In this document: positions 11,460-21,991 of the stretch, one piece after another
How positions within the stretch are numbered: position 1 is the first letter of the stretch
Layout of the letters: each line of letters starts with the position of its first letter
Origin: an uncultured Bacteroidales bacterium
GTDB taxonomy: Bacteria; Bacteroidota; Bacteroidia; Bacteroidales; JAADJA01
Length of the DNA: 64,000 nt
Direction of reading: 5' to 3'
Assembly: GCA_963840975.1 (NCBI GenBank)
Contig: CAWJBC010000021.1
Span: forward strand, 568,862-632,861
The notes under the pieces: generated by a model
Seen by the model: only the letters and a program-made list of their open reading frames with translations
Database searches by the model: none
Told to the model about the DNA's origin: nothing
Made by a program: the position numbers and the translations under genes

Positions 11460-12347
11460 CTATCGGGTCAGTTTCCTGCTGAAATGTTGAATGGCAATCC
11501 CGCAAATGATAAGCGCCAATCCTGCAATCGTTGAAAGAAGTATTTTTTCACCTATAACATTTCGGATAATGATTAAGGAGATAAATGGAGATAAGTAAAC
11601 CAGGTTGGAAATGATAGCCGTATTCGACGCCAATTTGAGTGCTTTAAGCCAGATTACATAAGTTAGTCCCATTTCGAACAAACCAATGTATAACGCACCC
11701 GACAATCCTTTGAGGTTAATCCCGCTAAAACCTGAAAAATAAACCAGTGCAAGGGATACATAAACAGTTCCGAAAATAAAATTCAATAACAGCTTGGCAA
11801 CTTCATCCCTTTTGTCTTTAAGATTGAAAATCCAGAAAAGCGCCCAAAAAATACTGCTGCTGATGGCTAACATTACACCCAATGGTTCATTGAATTCGAG
11901 GGACATGATTTTGCCTTCGGTCGAAATAATCATGATCCCTGTAAAACTGATAAGAATTGCTACTATGCTTAACCAGTGAATCTTCTGTTTAAGCAAAGGC
12001 ACTGAAAGTAGCACCAGGACAATGGGCCAGATATAGTTGAGGGTTCCGGCTTCCTGCGCCTTAAGTAAAGAATAGGCTTTAAATAATACAAGGTAATACA
12101 GAAAAGGATTGAGTAAACCCATAAATGCCGACCTCATCAGGTCTTTGCCCGTAGTTCGTTTTAATAGATAAAACTTACGCTGCGATATCAATAGTGTAAA
12201 CAGTACTAAGCATGAAAATAGAGAGGCGAAAAATAAAAGCTGAAAGTAATCGAGGTAGCTGAGCGACAACTTGAAAGCAGAAGCCATAGTTGACCATAAT
12301 AAAATGGTGATAATTGCATACAAGTAAGCTCGCTTTTGGTTTGTCAT
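11460..12347 (-). CDS. DMT superfamily (EamA-like) transporter
   Basis: The 295-aa polytopic membrane ORF has a two-EamA-repeat-like hydrophobic pattern. Confidence 0.7.
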   Translation of the reverse strand: MTNQKRAYLYAIITILLWSTMASAFKLSLSYLDYFQLLFFASLFSCLVLFTLLISQRKFYLLKRTTGKDLMRSAFMGLLNPFLYYLVLFKAYSLLKAQEAGTLNYIWPIVLVLLSVPLLKQKIHWLSIVAILISFTGIMIISTEGKIMSLEFNEPLGVMLAISSSIFWALFWIFNLKDKRDEVAKLLLNFIFGTVYVSLALVYFSGFSGINLKGLSGALYIGLFEMGLTYVIWLKALKLASNTAIISNLVYLSPFISLIIIRNVIGEKILLSTIAGLALIICGIAIQHFSRKLTR

Positions 12348-12374
12348 TGCCTGGGTTGAGGTTTTAATGCAACA

Positions 12375-13061
12375 TTAAAAAATTTTATCAATTTGATTGT
12401 TGAGAAAACTATAAATCAAAACCAGTTTGTTCCTTAGCTCATCTTTCAGAATTAAATTAAGTATATGGCTAAGAAATTCGTGGTGTACATCTTTGTACAA
12501 AATCCAATAATCATGAAACCTCGAAAGTGAGTACTGATAAGTTGCATAATATACATTGGGCAAATCTATCATAGTCGCTATCCGGAAAATATGCAAAGGA
12601 GAGCTGATAGCAACGATGGTATCAAAATTCAACTGTGCAGTGATTTTTTTGATTTCTCTGATATTGGTGACTGTGTTATAGGATAAAGAGTCATAAACGA
12701 TATCAGAGGCAGTAACCTGTTTTTCGATAAGGTACTTTCGCATCAGGTGGGGCTTCCCTTTCCATTCAGCGTATCTGTAGCCGCCTACACATATTATCTT
12801 TCTTATTTTCTGCGATTGATATAATCCGGCAGCACTGCCTGCCCGCATTTTGCTGTCGGGACCGAGTTCTTTTCCATCATTGATGTAATCACCGAAGAAA
12901 ACGACACCTGCATCCGCCTGATGAATTTCGGGTTGCCCAAGAATAAATGAATTTACATGCCGGTAGTAAACATAAACCGCCAGTATGTCAAGCGCAGCAA
13001 CGAATATAAATATTCCAGTTAACAGCAAGAATCCTTTTAACTCGGAACTGATTTTGTTCAT
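12375..13061 (-). CDS. YdcF/ElyC/SanA (DUF218) family protein
   Basis: The 228-aa ORF has an N-terminal TM segment followed by a DUF218-like core (AGVVFFGDY..., KIICVGGYRY..., LSYNTVTNIREIKKI). The call is by recall. Confidence 0.55.
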   Translation of the reverse strand: MNKISSELKGFLLLTGIFIFVAALDILAVYVYYRHVNSFILGQPEIHQADAGVVFFGDYINDGKELGPDSKMRAGSAAGLYQSQKIRKIICVGGYRYAEWKGKPHLMRKYLIEKQVTASDIVYDSLSYNTVTNIREIKKITAQLNFDTIVAISSPLHIFRIATMIDLPNVYYATYQYSLSRFHDYWILYKDVHHEFLSHILNLILKDELRNKLVLIYSFLNNQIDKIF

Positions 13062-13091
13062 TTTCTTTAATCTGTTCGAACTTATGGTCTG

Positions 13092-14498
13092 TTAAAACAG
13101 GTAACCTATACCGACATACAATCCATCTTTACCATCACGTTTATCGAGTGCAACCCCATAATCAACGGCTATTACAAAATTCCTGTTTAAAACCACCTTT
13201 AATCCGCCGCCTGCCGACCAGTGGAGTGATTCATCCTGTCCATAAATATTTAAGTTGGACACTTCTGGATCCACGTCATTCATGTTAATTTTTATTTTCT
13301 GAACTACGGCACCGACATCTGCAAAAGCATTTAATCCAAGATATAAATTTTGATTCCAAAGGGTGGTTTTTAAAAATTTCCAGCGGGCTTCAAAATTTCC
13401 ATAAACGATTCCGTCGCCGACTACCCTGTTTCGCAAAATTCCGCGTATTGTTTTTTCTCCACCCAATCCATCTGTAGTTGTGACCTTCGCAAACGAGGAG
13501 ATCATGTACGGTTGCATATAAAAAGGAACTTTTCCGGCGATAGTTCCCTGGTATCCTAAGCGATAAGCAAGACCTAGTTTGTCTTTTACAATAGTAAAAT
13601 ACTGACGATGGGTTACAGCTAACTTGATGTAAGAAAAATTTTTGTTGCCAAGTATTTCCGGAACCATAAACAGCAGCATTTCCGACCAGATACCTTTCAT
13701 CGGGTTGGTTTCGCTTTCGCGGGTATCATATACCAATCCTGCTTTTATATAAGGTATTTTACCACCGTCCCTTTCATTATCACTGATTATTCCCCATCTG
13801 ACATACTCATCGTACAGCAATAAGGTATCCGGCAATTTTTCGGCATCACTTTTTCCCTTATTCAATTTTTCGATGTTAACAGTAGCAACCCGTGTATCAA
13901 GATAACCCAATCCACCCAGCCATAATAATTTTTTTGTATATAATTTCCCCTGAAGATCAATGGTGAAGCGCGTAAAATTTCGTTGATGACGATAAAATAC
14001 CCTCGAAACATAGTCATCGTTTTTGTCGTTTTCCAGATCAGGATTATAGCTTGCTTCGTACCCATTGAATCCGTAAAAATTCAATGCAAGCTGGGTCAAA
14101 TAGCTTAGGTCGGCTGTAATCCTCAAATCCCAGGGAAGAAGATATTTTGAATCAAAAAATAATTGGTTAATCCCTCCGCCTTTTGTGGTGCGTGATATTT
14201 CGGTGTATATCGAATACTTGTAATCAGGGTATAACGATCCGTCACCGTAGTTATATAAGTCCAACAAAACTCCATATTGAAACCCAATGTCGGAATTGTA
14301 GCCGATTACCGGAAAAGGATTCCAATTAAGCCCTTTCTTTGATTTTTCTACAGTGAGATTGAGGATGCTGTCATTAGCGGTTTGGCTGTAGAGATTCATC
14401 CCTGTACAAACCCATTGAATGAGGATGAAAACAAACAGAACATGATTGCTCAATTTACAAACCTTATTTTCGCTAAAACCCATCAAGCAAGTTTTCAT
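13092..14498 (-). CDS. outer-membrane beta-barrel protein (Omp85/surface-antigen-like)
   Basis: The 468-aa ORF has a signal-like N-terminus, alternating beta-strand patterns and a C-terminal aromatic signature ...GLYVGIGYLF. Confidence 0.5.
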   Translation of the reverse strand: MKTCLMGFSENKVCKLSNHVLFVFILIQWVCTGMNLYSQTANDSILNLTVEKSKKGLNWNPFPVIGYNSDIGFQYGVLLDLYNYGDGSLYPDYKYSIYTEISRTTKGGGINQLFFDSKYLLPWDLRITADLSYLTQLALNFYGFNGYEASYNPDLENDKNDDYVSRVFYRHQRNFTRFTIDLQGKLYTKKLLWLGGLGYLDTRVATVNIEKLNKGKSDAEKLPDTLLLYDEYVRWGIISDNERDGGKIPYIKAGLVYDTRESETNPMKGIWSEMLLFMVPEILGNKNFSYIKLAVTHRQYFTIVKDKLGLAYRLGYQGTIAGKVPFYMQPYMISSFAKVTTTDGLGGEKTIRGILRNRVVGDGIVYGNFEARWKFLKTTLWNQNLYLGLNAFADVGAVVQKIKINMNDVDPEVSNLNIYGQDESLHWSAGGGLKVVLNRNFVIAVDYGVALDKRDGKDGLYVGIGYLF

Positions 14499-14690
14499 TT
14501 AAAATGGAGGCATAAAGATAATTCAGTTATTCCAGAAAAAAGTAATGAACGTTTTAAGATTTTTAAAAAGAAAATAATTTAACAACTCAAAAATTAAGGA
14601 TTCTAAATCATGTTGTTAATAATTAAAGCGGAATGATTTCTTAACTACCAAAAATTTATAGTTTTGTACGGAATTTAACGATCAGGATAT

Positions 14691-15635
14691 ATGAAAAAAT
14701 TGGCGGTGGTTGCTTTTGGTGGAAATGCCTTGTTGCAGGCCGGTCAGAAAGGGACAATTGATGAGCAGGAAACCAATGCTTATGAAGCCAGCAAGAATTT
14801 GTTAAATCTTCTGGTTAACAATTATAATATCGTCATCACACACGGTAATGGTCCGCAGGTGGGTAATATACTTCTTTCGGATCAGGCAGGGGGAAAAGTA
14901 TATGGTTTGCCGCCGATGCCGCTCGATATTTGTGTAGCTTATTCCCAGGGATTCATTGGATATATGATTGAGCAGCAACTACGAAACGTTTTGGCTTCAA
15001 ACGACATGGATCGTGATATTATGACCATTATCACTCAGGTACTGGTGAATAAGGATGATCCTGCATTTGAAAAACCAACCAAGCCGATAGGTCCTTATTA
15101 TACAAAGGAAGAAGCTGAGAAAATCATGAACGAAACAAGTTCCGTTTTTGTTGAGGATAAGAAAAGAGGTGGATGGAGAAAAGTAGTGGCATCCCCAAAA
15201 CCGCTGGTCATTAGTAATAAAAAGTCAATCGAACAACTTGCCCGGAGTGGTCAGATTGTAATTGCAGTGGGTGGCGGAGGAATTCCGGCTTTTTATGTTG
15301 CACCCAATAAATTACAGGGAATTGATGCAGTAATTGATAAAGACCTTGCTTCAGCTTTGCTTGCTAAACAAATTGGGGCTGATAAATTGTTCATCCTGAC
15401 TGATGTGGCTAAGGTTTGTTTGAATTATAACACCCCACAGGAAAAAACAATTGATAGTATGACGATTGCCAACGCAAGAAAATACCTCGCAGAGGGACAA
15501 TTTACGGAAGGAAGCATGGCGCCAAAAATTCGTGCAGCTATTGATTTTGTGGAAAATACCGGCAAAGATGCCATCATCACCAAAACCACCCTTTTGGGTG
15601 TGGATGATGGCGGAACCAGAATTATGATGGTTTGA
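14691..15635 (+). CDS. arcC: carbamate kinase
   Basis: The 314-aa ORF has MKKLAVVAFGGNALL...ITHGNGPQVGNILL...GGGGIP, typical of carbamate kinase. Confidence 0.9.
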   Translation: MKKLAVVAFGGNALLQAGQKGTIDEQETNAYEASKNLLNLLVNNYNIVITHGNGPQVGNILLSDQAGGKVYGLPPMPLDICVAYSQGFIGYMIEQQLRNVLASNDMDRDIMTIITQVLVNKDDPAFEKPTKPIGPYYTKEEAEKIMNETSSVFVEDKKRGGWRKVVASPKPLVISNKKSIEQLARSGQIVIAVGGGGIPAFYVAPNKLQGIDAVIDKDLASALLAKQIGADKLFILTDVAKVCLNYNTPQEKTIDSMTIANARKYLAEGQFTEGSMAPKIRAAIDFVENTGKDAIITKTTLLGVDDGGTRIMMV

Positions 15636-15690
15636 TAAACATTAAAAAAGCAAAATATTTATTAAAATAATACTCTAAATCGTAAATCAC

Positions 15691-16692
15691 ATGGGTTATA
15701 ATCTAAGAAACAGACATTTTTTGAAATTGCTGGATTTTACTCCGCAGGAGATAAAATTCCTGCTGGGTTTATCGGCTGATCTTAAAAAAGCGAAATATGC
15801 CGGTACAGAGCAACGCCGATTGAACGGTAAAAACATTGCGCTCATTTTTGAAAAAGCTTCAACACGAACAAGGTGCGCATTTGAAGTTGCGGCTTTCGAT
15901 CAGGGCGCTCAGGTTACTTACCTGGGACCATCGGGTTCACAAATCGGTCAAAAAGAAACCATGAAAGATACCGCTCGTGTATTGGGCAGGATGTATGATG
16001 GCATCGAATATCGTGGTTTTGGACAGGAAATCGTGGAAGAACTTGCACAATATGCAGGTGTCCCTGTGTGGAATGGACTCACAAATGAATTCCATCCCAC
16101 GCAGATTTTAGCCGATTTTCTTACCATGATGGAACATTCGGATAAACCATTGAATAAAATTTCATTTGCCTATTGCGGTGATGCGAGGAACAATATGGGA
16201 AATTCATTGATGGTTGGCGCTGCCAAGATGGGAATGGATTACCGGGCCGTAGCTCCCAAATCAGGTCATCCTGATAAAGCACTTGTGGATCAATGCCTTG
16301 AAATTGCAAAGTCAACAGGTGCAAAAATTACTATTACTGAAAATGTTGCAGAAGGCGTAAAAGGAGTTGACTTCATTTATACTGATGTTTGGCTTTCGAT
16401 GGGTGAGGATGCCTCACTTTGGGAAAAACGGATCAAAGAGATGTTGCCTTATCAGGTGAATACCGAAATGATGAAAAAAACAGGAAATCCGAAAGTGAAA
16501 TTCCTGCATTGCCTGCCAGCATTCCACAACAGGGATACGAAAGTAGGGGAGGATATTTATCAGAAGTACGGAATTGACGGGATGGAAGTAACGGAAGAGG
16601 TGTTCGAGTCGGAAGCCTCTATTGTATTTGACCAGGCTGAAAACAGGTTGCATACAATAAAGGCAGTGATGGTAGCCACACTGGGAGCGTGA
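15691..16692 (+). CDS. argF: ornithine carbamoyltransferase
   Basis: The 333-aa ORF has the [32 protein letters not shown] and HCLPAFH motifs. Confidence 0.9.
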   Translation: MGYNLRNRHFLKLLDFTPQEIKFLLGLSADLKKAKYAGTEQRRLNGKNIALIFEKASTRTRCAFEVAAFDQGAQVTYLGPSGSQIGQKETMKDTARVLGRMYDGIEYRGFGQEIVEELAQYAGVPVWNGLTNEFHPTQILADFLTMMEHSDKPLNKISFAYCGDARNNMGNSLMVGAAKMGMDYRAVAPKSGHPDKALVDQCLEIAKSTGAKITITENVAEGVKGVDFIYTDVWLSMGEDASLWEKRIKEMLPYQVNTEMMKKTGNPKVKFLHCLPAFHNRDTKVGEDIYQKYGIDGMEVTEEVFESEASIVFDQAENRLHTIKAVMVATLGA

Positions 16693-16744
16693 AATTCGGT
16701 TCAATATTCAAAGTTCCAGGTTTCAAGTTCCAGGTTTAAGGTTG

Positions 16745-16905
16745 AGTCTTCTCCGAAAAGTATTTATTATGATTTTACCACATTAGGATCATAGGGCACA
16801 AAGATTTTCACATAGTTGATAATGAGGCAAAAACCTATGTGAATTCCTATGATTCTATGTGACTATGTGGTTCAAAATTACTATTCGGAGTGGACTAAAG
16901 GTTTC
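16745..16905. repeat. MITE-like long imperfect palindrome
   Basis: The left arm ...CTCCGAAAAGTATT..ACCACAT..ATCATAGGG..TTCACATAG mirrors the right arm CTATGTGAA..CCTATGAT..ATGTGGT..AATTACTATTCGGAG. It is bracketed by the 12-nt direct repeat AGGTTTCAAGTT at 16718-16729 and 16899-16910. Confidence 0.65.
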
Positions 16906-16975
16906 AAGTTATTCGGCTACTTACATCTAACCTCTATTATCTAATGTCTAATATCTAACATCTAATCTCTAAAAT

Positions 16976-17359
16976 ATGCGCACTACCGGAGAAAACAAGC
17001 TCAGAAACCTCATCGTGGTAGGGGATAAAATACTGATCAAACCTGTGAAGCACGATTCCAAATCGAAAGGTGGTTTATTGTTGCCGCCGGGATATAAGGA
17101 GAAAGAGGATGTGCAATCGGGTTATGTGATCAAAGCCGGACCGGGTTATCCCATTCCGATTCCTGCCGATGATGCCGACGAACCATGGAAAAAATCGGAT
17201 GAAAAGATTAGATACATCCCATTACAAGCCAAAGAGGGCGACCTTGCTATTTTTCTTCAAAAAGGGGCTGTGGAGGTGATCTATGAAAATGAAAAATATT
17301 ATATCGTGCCGCAATATTCAATCCTGCTGTTGGAAAGGGATGATGAACTTTTTGAATAG
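16976..17359 (+). CDS. GroES-like (Cpn10 family) co-chaperone paralogue
   Basis: The 127-aa ORF has VVGDKILIKPVK...SKGGLLLPPGYKEKEDVQSGYVIKAGPG...EGDLAIF, a Cpn10 fold pattern with an insertion. Confidence 0.65.
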   Translation: MRTTGENKLRNLIVVGDKILIKPVKHDSKSKGGLLLPPGYKEKEDVQSGYVIKAGPGYPIPIPADDADEPWKKSDEKIRYIPLQAKEGDLAIFLQKGAVEVIYENEKYYIVPQYSILLLERDDELFE

Positions 17360-17380
17360 CAACTCAATATCTGAACACTT

Positions 17381-17405
17381 AAAAGCCCCGTAAAAGGGGC
17401 TTTTT
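17381..17405. terminator. bidirectional rho-independent terminator
   Basis: The hairpin AAAAGCCCC-GTAA-AAGGGGCTTTTT lies between convergent genes that end at 17359 (+) and 17428 (-). Confidence 0.75.
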
Positions 17406-17427
17406 GATATAAGACGATAATATTTTT

Positions 17428-17955
17428 TTAGTCTGCTTTTACCAATACCGGGAACCTCAGTTGAGCAAGGTAAAATCCCCCGAAAAACAAGGTGCTGAAG
17501 AAAAGATCACCCAGAAATCCGTTGCTCAGGAAGGGTAAACCGGCTATGTAGCTTTCCATCAATCCTGCCGGATTTTGAGGATAGAAAGGACTTCCCAGCC
17601 ATATTGCAAAATTGGTAACAATGAAAAATAATAGGCTCGATACTACCGAAGCTGCAATCACACTCCCGACTCCAATACGCTGCCTGAGATAAATACCAAT
17701 AAAAACCACCACTGCAAAACTCGCATACACGGCTAACATGTACTGGTGCAAACCGAGAATTAAATCGCTTACAAGCAAAGCTGCCAGCGGTATGATGAAA
17801 GCCATATTTTTATTCTGAAAATAAGCGCCACCAAACAATGCCATCGCGGCGATAGGCGTAAAATTAGGCCAGTGCGGGATAAGGCGCATGAACGCACCAA
17901 ATAAGATCAGACCTGTAACGAAAACAAATCTTGCATTTAACTTCATAATATTCAT
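17428..17955 (-). CDS. polytopic membrane protein (DUF6580-like)
   Basis: The ORF track gives 17428..17979. I prefer the internal ATG (MNIMKLNARFVFVTGLILFGAFMRLIPHWPNFTPIAAMALFGGAYF). The family call is by recall only. Confidence 0.45.
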   Translation of the reverse strand: MNIMKLNARFVFVTGLILFGAFMRLIPHWPNFTPIAAMALFGGAYFQNKNMAFIIPLAALLVSDLILGLHQYMLAVYASFAVVVFIGIYLRQRIGVGSVIAASVVSSLLFFIVTNFAIWLGSPFYPQNPAGLMESYIAGLPFLSNGFLGDLFFSTLFFGGFYLAQLRFPVLVKAD

Positions 17956-18210
17956 TTGTGTAAACTTTTGAAAGAGCAAAAGTAATAAAAACCATATTCG
18001 TGTGAGATAAAAACAAAGATTGCTTTTAAAATGTTTTACACAATTGAAATTAATAATTATTGAAAGCAGGGCAAATGTATTTTGTTGAAAGGTGTATTGT
18101 GATCCAAATACTTCAAATATAATTCATTAACTGTGACCCTTATTAAGCCAAATAAATGGTACTTTTGCCGACACTTTTTTGTTATTATTTAGCGGTAAAT
18201 CAGGAGATAA

Positions 18211-19569
18211 ATGAAGGACCTCACCACCGGTAATGCAAGCAAACTGATCCTGCAGTTTGCGACACCCATGCTGCTAGGAAATGTTTTCCAGCAACTCTAC
18301 AACATTGTTGACAGCATTATCGTGGGTAATTTTATCGGCAAAGAAGCGCTTGCAGCGGTTGGAGCTTCGTTCCCTATTATTTTTACGCTCATCTCACTGG
18401 TTATTGGATTTGCGATGGGAGCTACCATCATCATTGCACAGTACTTTGGTTCGAAGCAAATGCAAAAAGTAAAACTCACAATTGATACGTTGTACATAGT
18501 TCTTTTTTATGCTTCAGTGGCGACAACCATTATTGGGATTTCACTTACAGGTCCGATTCTGAGGTTGATTCAGTTGCCCGAAGAAATTTTTCCGCAAGCA
18601 CGGCTATATCTCATCATTTATTTATCCGGTCTGGTTTTCTTTTTTGGATTCAATGGTACTTCGGCAATTTTAAGGGGGCTGGGAGATTCAAAAACTCCGC
18701 TCTATTTTTTGATCATCGCCACACTCGCCAACATTGTTTTGGACCTGCTTTTTGTTGTTGTATTCAAATGGGGAATTGCCGGCGTAGCCATCGCAACTGT
18801 AATTTCGCAGGGAGGGGCATTTTTTACAGCCATTATTTATCTGAACAGAACTCATCCTGTTATGCAATTTTCATTTTTCAAACTGAAGTTTGATAAAGAA
18901 ATATTCTGGCAAAGTGTGAGGATAGGGCTGCCATCAGGTTTGCAACAAACATTTGTTTCACTTGGCTTGTTGGCAATTACATGGATTGTGAATCTTTTTG
19001 GTGTGAATGTGATAGCCGCCTATTCTATTGCCATGCGGATTGATTCGCTGGCAGCGCTTCCGGCAATGAATTTTTCGGCAGCATTGTCAACTTTTGTGGG
19101 GCAAAACATCGGTGCGAATAAAATAGAAAGGGTAAGAGCCGGTCTGATTTCCACCCTTAAAATGACTACTTTGATTTCCGTTTTCTTTTCGGTTGTGGCT
19201 ATTTTGTTTTCAGGGTTTTTAATGGGATTATTCACTAATGATCAGGAGGTTATCGCCATCGGTAAAAAATACCTCATTATCGTCAGTTCATTTTATATCT
19301 TTTTCTCCACTTTATTTATCATTAACGGGGTAATGCGGGGAGCAGGCGACACGCTCATCCCTATGTTCATCACATTGTTTGCGCTATGGTTTGTCCGGGT
19401 GCCTGTTGCCTGGTTACTTTCGAGACAAATCGGCGAAACCGGTATCTGGTGGTCCATTCCCATCGGCTGGTTCATTGGTATGACCATGGGGATTTTCTAT
19501 TATTGGCTGGGACGGTGGAAAAAGAAATCGGTTATTAAACATGAAGAACCTTTTGCCGGGAGTGATTGA
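18211..19569 (+). CDS. MATE family efflux transporter
   Basis: The 452-aa 12-TM-like ORF starts ...ILQFATPMLLGNVFQQLYNIVDSIIVGNFIGKEALAAVG, typical of MATE/NorM. Confidence 0.85.
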   Translation: MKDLTTGNASKLILQFATPMLLGNVFQQLYNIVDSIIVGNFIGKEALAAVGASFPIIFTLISLVIGFAMGATIIIAQYFGSKQMQKVKLTIDTLYIVLFYASVATTIIGISLTGPILRLIQLPEEIFPQARLYLIIYLSGLVFFFGFNGTSAILRGLGDSKTPLYFLIIATLANIVLDLLFVVVFKWGIAGVAIATVISQGGAFFTAIIYLNRTHPVMQFSFFKLKFDKEIFWQSVRIGLPSGLQQTFVSLGLLAITWIVNLFGVNVIAAYSIAMRIDSLAALPAMNFSAALSTFVGQNIGANKIERVRAGLISTLKMTTLISVFFSVVAILFSGFLMGLFTNDQEVIAIGKKYLIIVSSFYIFFSTLFIINGVMRGAGDTLIPMFITLFALWFVRVPVAWLLSRQIGETGIWWSIPIGWFIGMTMGIFYYWLGRWKKKSVIKHEEPFAGSD

Positions 19570-19599
19570 ATTTTTTCGGTGTTGATTCAGCCCTGAATG

Positions 19600-20484
19600 T
19601 CAAATTACAGACGGTTTGGTTGTTTTGGCAAAATATGCCCGGCATTGTTTCCTGCCGTATTCTATCATTTCTTCTGAGCGGTGAAAACCGAAAATTTCGC
19701 ACGAATCCTTTGAAATCTCCAAGAGGATGTCGGGTTTGTGTTTTTCAAGAGCATATTGAGTCAATTTCATTTGCATGGTATAAATGGATTCGGTGATCAG
19801 ATCGAAATAACCAATTCCCTTATCGGTTTCCTTGCTTATGCTTGACCATTTCCGGTTAATCAACTCTTTTGCTTTCAGGTAGGTTGTTTCGTGTTCAACA
19901 ACGATTTTAGGCAACCTTGATTTTTGGTAGGGAATGTCGGAATTCAGATCAACCGCAACGAGCAGGTCGTTTTCAGTTCTTGCAACACAATCCAACGGCA
20001 GAGGATTTAATACGCCTCCATCCACCATGTCAATGCCATTGTACTCCATCGGTTTCAGGACGGTTGGAATGGAAACAGAAGCCCGGATAGCCTCAATCAG
20101 GTTGCCCGACTTAAATATAATTTCTTTGTGATTTTTAATGTCAACTGCCACAGCAGCATAAGGAATATTGAGATTTTCAATGTCTGTGTCCAATAGAAAT
20201 TCGTGAAGTTTGGTAAAAACTTTTTCTCCCTTGATGATCCCTTTTTTGCTTATGGCAAAATCCATCAGCTTAAATATATCATATTTGCCGATTTGGGTAA
20301 CCCAGGCTTTGAATTCAGGGAGTTTGCCCGAAGCATAAACACCTGCAACCAGTGATCCGATTGAAGTGCCCGCTACAGAGGTGATGACATATCCCCTTTT
20401 CTGCAATTCCTCAATGATGCCAATTTGCGCCATTCCCCTTGCACCTCCGCCGGATAAAACCAATGCCACATTTTTCGTTTCCAT
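19600..20484 (-). CDS. patatin-like phospholipase
   Basis: The 294-aa ORF has the oxyanion motif LVLSGGGARGMAQIG, the lipase motif GTSIGS and a downstream DGG motif. Confidence 0.85.
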   Translation of the reverse strand: METKNVALVLSGGGARGMAQIGIIEELQKRGYVITSVAGTSIGSLVAGVYASGKLPEFKAWVTQIGKYDIFKLMDFAISKKGIIKGEKVFTKLHEFLLDTDIENLNIPYAAVAVDIKNHKEIIFKSGNLIEAIRASVSIPTVLKPMEYNGIDMVDGGVLNPLPLDCVARTENDLLVAVDLNSDIPYQKSRLPKIVVEHETTYLKAKELINRKWSSISKETDKGIGYFDLITESIYTMQMKLTQYALEKHKPDILLEISKDSCEIFGFHRSEEMIEYGRKQCRAYFAKTTKPSVI

Positions 20485-20493
20485 CGCTTAATT

Positions 20494-21180
20494 TTATTTA
20501 CGGATAAAATCATCAACAATTATCCATTCAACTTTCTCTGTAAAATTATTTTTGAACGAACACACCGAAAGTTTATATCCCTTATCAAGTGGATATTGTC
20601 TGAAATAAGCGGATGGTTTCCCTGCTTTTCCTCTTTCCTTTATTCTGATATCAGCGCCTTTGTGGTAAATTGTAAATGAACTGAGAGAGCGGGTCAAACC
20701 GGTACCGATAAGTTTCAGATAACTCTCTTTTAACGTCCACAAGTCAAAAAAATAATCGAGTTTTTCGTCACCTGATTTAGAGTTTAATAACCTGACTTCT
20801 TCGGTTGAGAAAAATCGCTCTGCAATCCGGTAGTTAATGGGTCTGATCTCTTCCACATCAATCCCAACTTCTTCTTTACCATAAGCCATTACCACCCAGT
20901 TTCCGGAATGAGATAGATTGAACTGAGCCTGCTTGCTTTCTAGGAAAGGCTTTCCGTTTTTTGATTTATTATAAATGATTGCTTTGCCATCCAATCCTAA
21001 TTTTTGCTGCAGGATGAACCGCGATAAAAGCTCCCCGAAAAGTGATCGCTGCGCTCCGGCAGTCCTTTTAAACCGGGAGATAAAACTCCTGTTTGATTCG
21101 GGCAAAAGATCAAGCAGCAATTCCTTTTTGTCAAGGAAATCCTGATCATCGAGCAACCGGATGGCGAATACTTCAGTCAT
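20494..21180 (-). CDS. 4'-phosphopantetheinyl transferase (Sfp type)
   Basis: The 228-aa ORF has FNLSHSGNWVV, GIDVEEI and WTLKESYLK motifs. Confidence 0.8.
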   Translation of the reverse strand: MTEVFAIRLLDDQDFLDKKELLLDLLPESNRSFISRFKRTAGAQRSLFGELLSRFILQQKLGLDGKAIIYNKSKNGKPFLESKQAQFNLSHSGNWVVMAYGKEEVGIDVEEIRPINYRIAERFFSTEEVRLLNSKSGDEKLDYFFDLWTLKESYLKLIGTGLTRSLSSFTIYHKGADIRIKERGKAGKPSAYFRQYPLDKGYKLSVCSFKNNFTEKVEWIIVDDFIRK

Positions 21181-21183
21181 GTT

Positions 21184-21929
21184 TTAAAATTTTCCAATGG
21201 GCATGATGTACAACGGTTCTTCGTTGCCGGGCAACTGCATCACTATGCTCACCATGTCGTCAGTAAAAGCGCCTACCGCACAGGTTCCCAGGTTCAGGGC
21301 ATAAGCCTGGAGGTAAACATTTTGTGCCGAATGTCCCAGGTCAATGCAGACGTATCTCTCGCGTCCGCGCTTACCATATTTATTAGTGGTCCTGCTGAAA
21401 ACTGCTGAGTAAACGAGTGATACCGGCGCTGTTTCGATGAATTTCTGATCCGTGGCGGCTTGTGCAAGTTCTTTTCTTACATCACCTTTTGAAATCAATT
21501 CCAAGGTATGATTTTCGGAATGGTATTTATAAATCCCACTGCTCAAACCCGTTACTTTGCCGGCTACGAGGTAAATCTCCAGCGGATAAAGCCCTCCGGC
21601 AGACGGGGCTGTTCTGAGTCCTCCGCGCAAGAAAGATGGCGACGAACGATCCTCCGTAACGCCATAAGCAGCCCACAGCATTTGGGAAACCTGTTCAAGG
21701 GTAAGGGCTTCATCCTTAAATTCCCGATGGAGCGCCGGTTGAGCATGGATTCTTCCACCGAAACCTTCGATGTTAACCTGGGTTCGGGTAAGTCCACAGT
21801 TGTTCCGGATTGTGGATTGGGCGTTGCCTGCATAGTTTTTAAGTTTTGTTCGTCAGTATGAAAAGACACACTTAGTAAAAAAGCAAAAATAATCAATAAT
21901 GATCCGTAAACCCGTTCCTTTGTTTTCAT
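21184..21929 (-). CDS. SagB/ThcOx-type nitroreductase-family dehydrogenase with signal peptide; frame-disrupted near 21723 as assembled
   Basis: ORFs 21564..21935 (ATG at 21929, MKTKERVYGSLLIIFAFLL...VSVEESMLNRRSI) and 21184..21681 (...EFKDEALTLEQVSQMLWAAYGVT... in the other frame) join at ATCGGGAATTT. The span is 746 nt (3n+2), consistent with one missing base. Confidence 0.75.
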
Positions 21930-21991
21930 TTGCAAAAGTATTTAAATCCAAAAATAACTTAAAAAACCATAAGTCATGAATTCAATCACAG

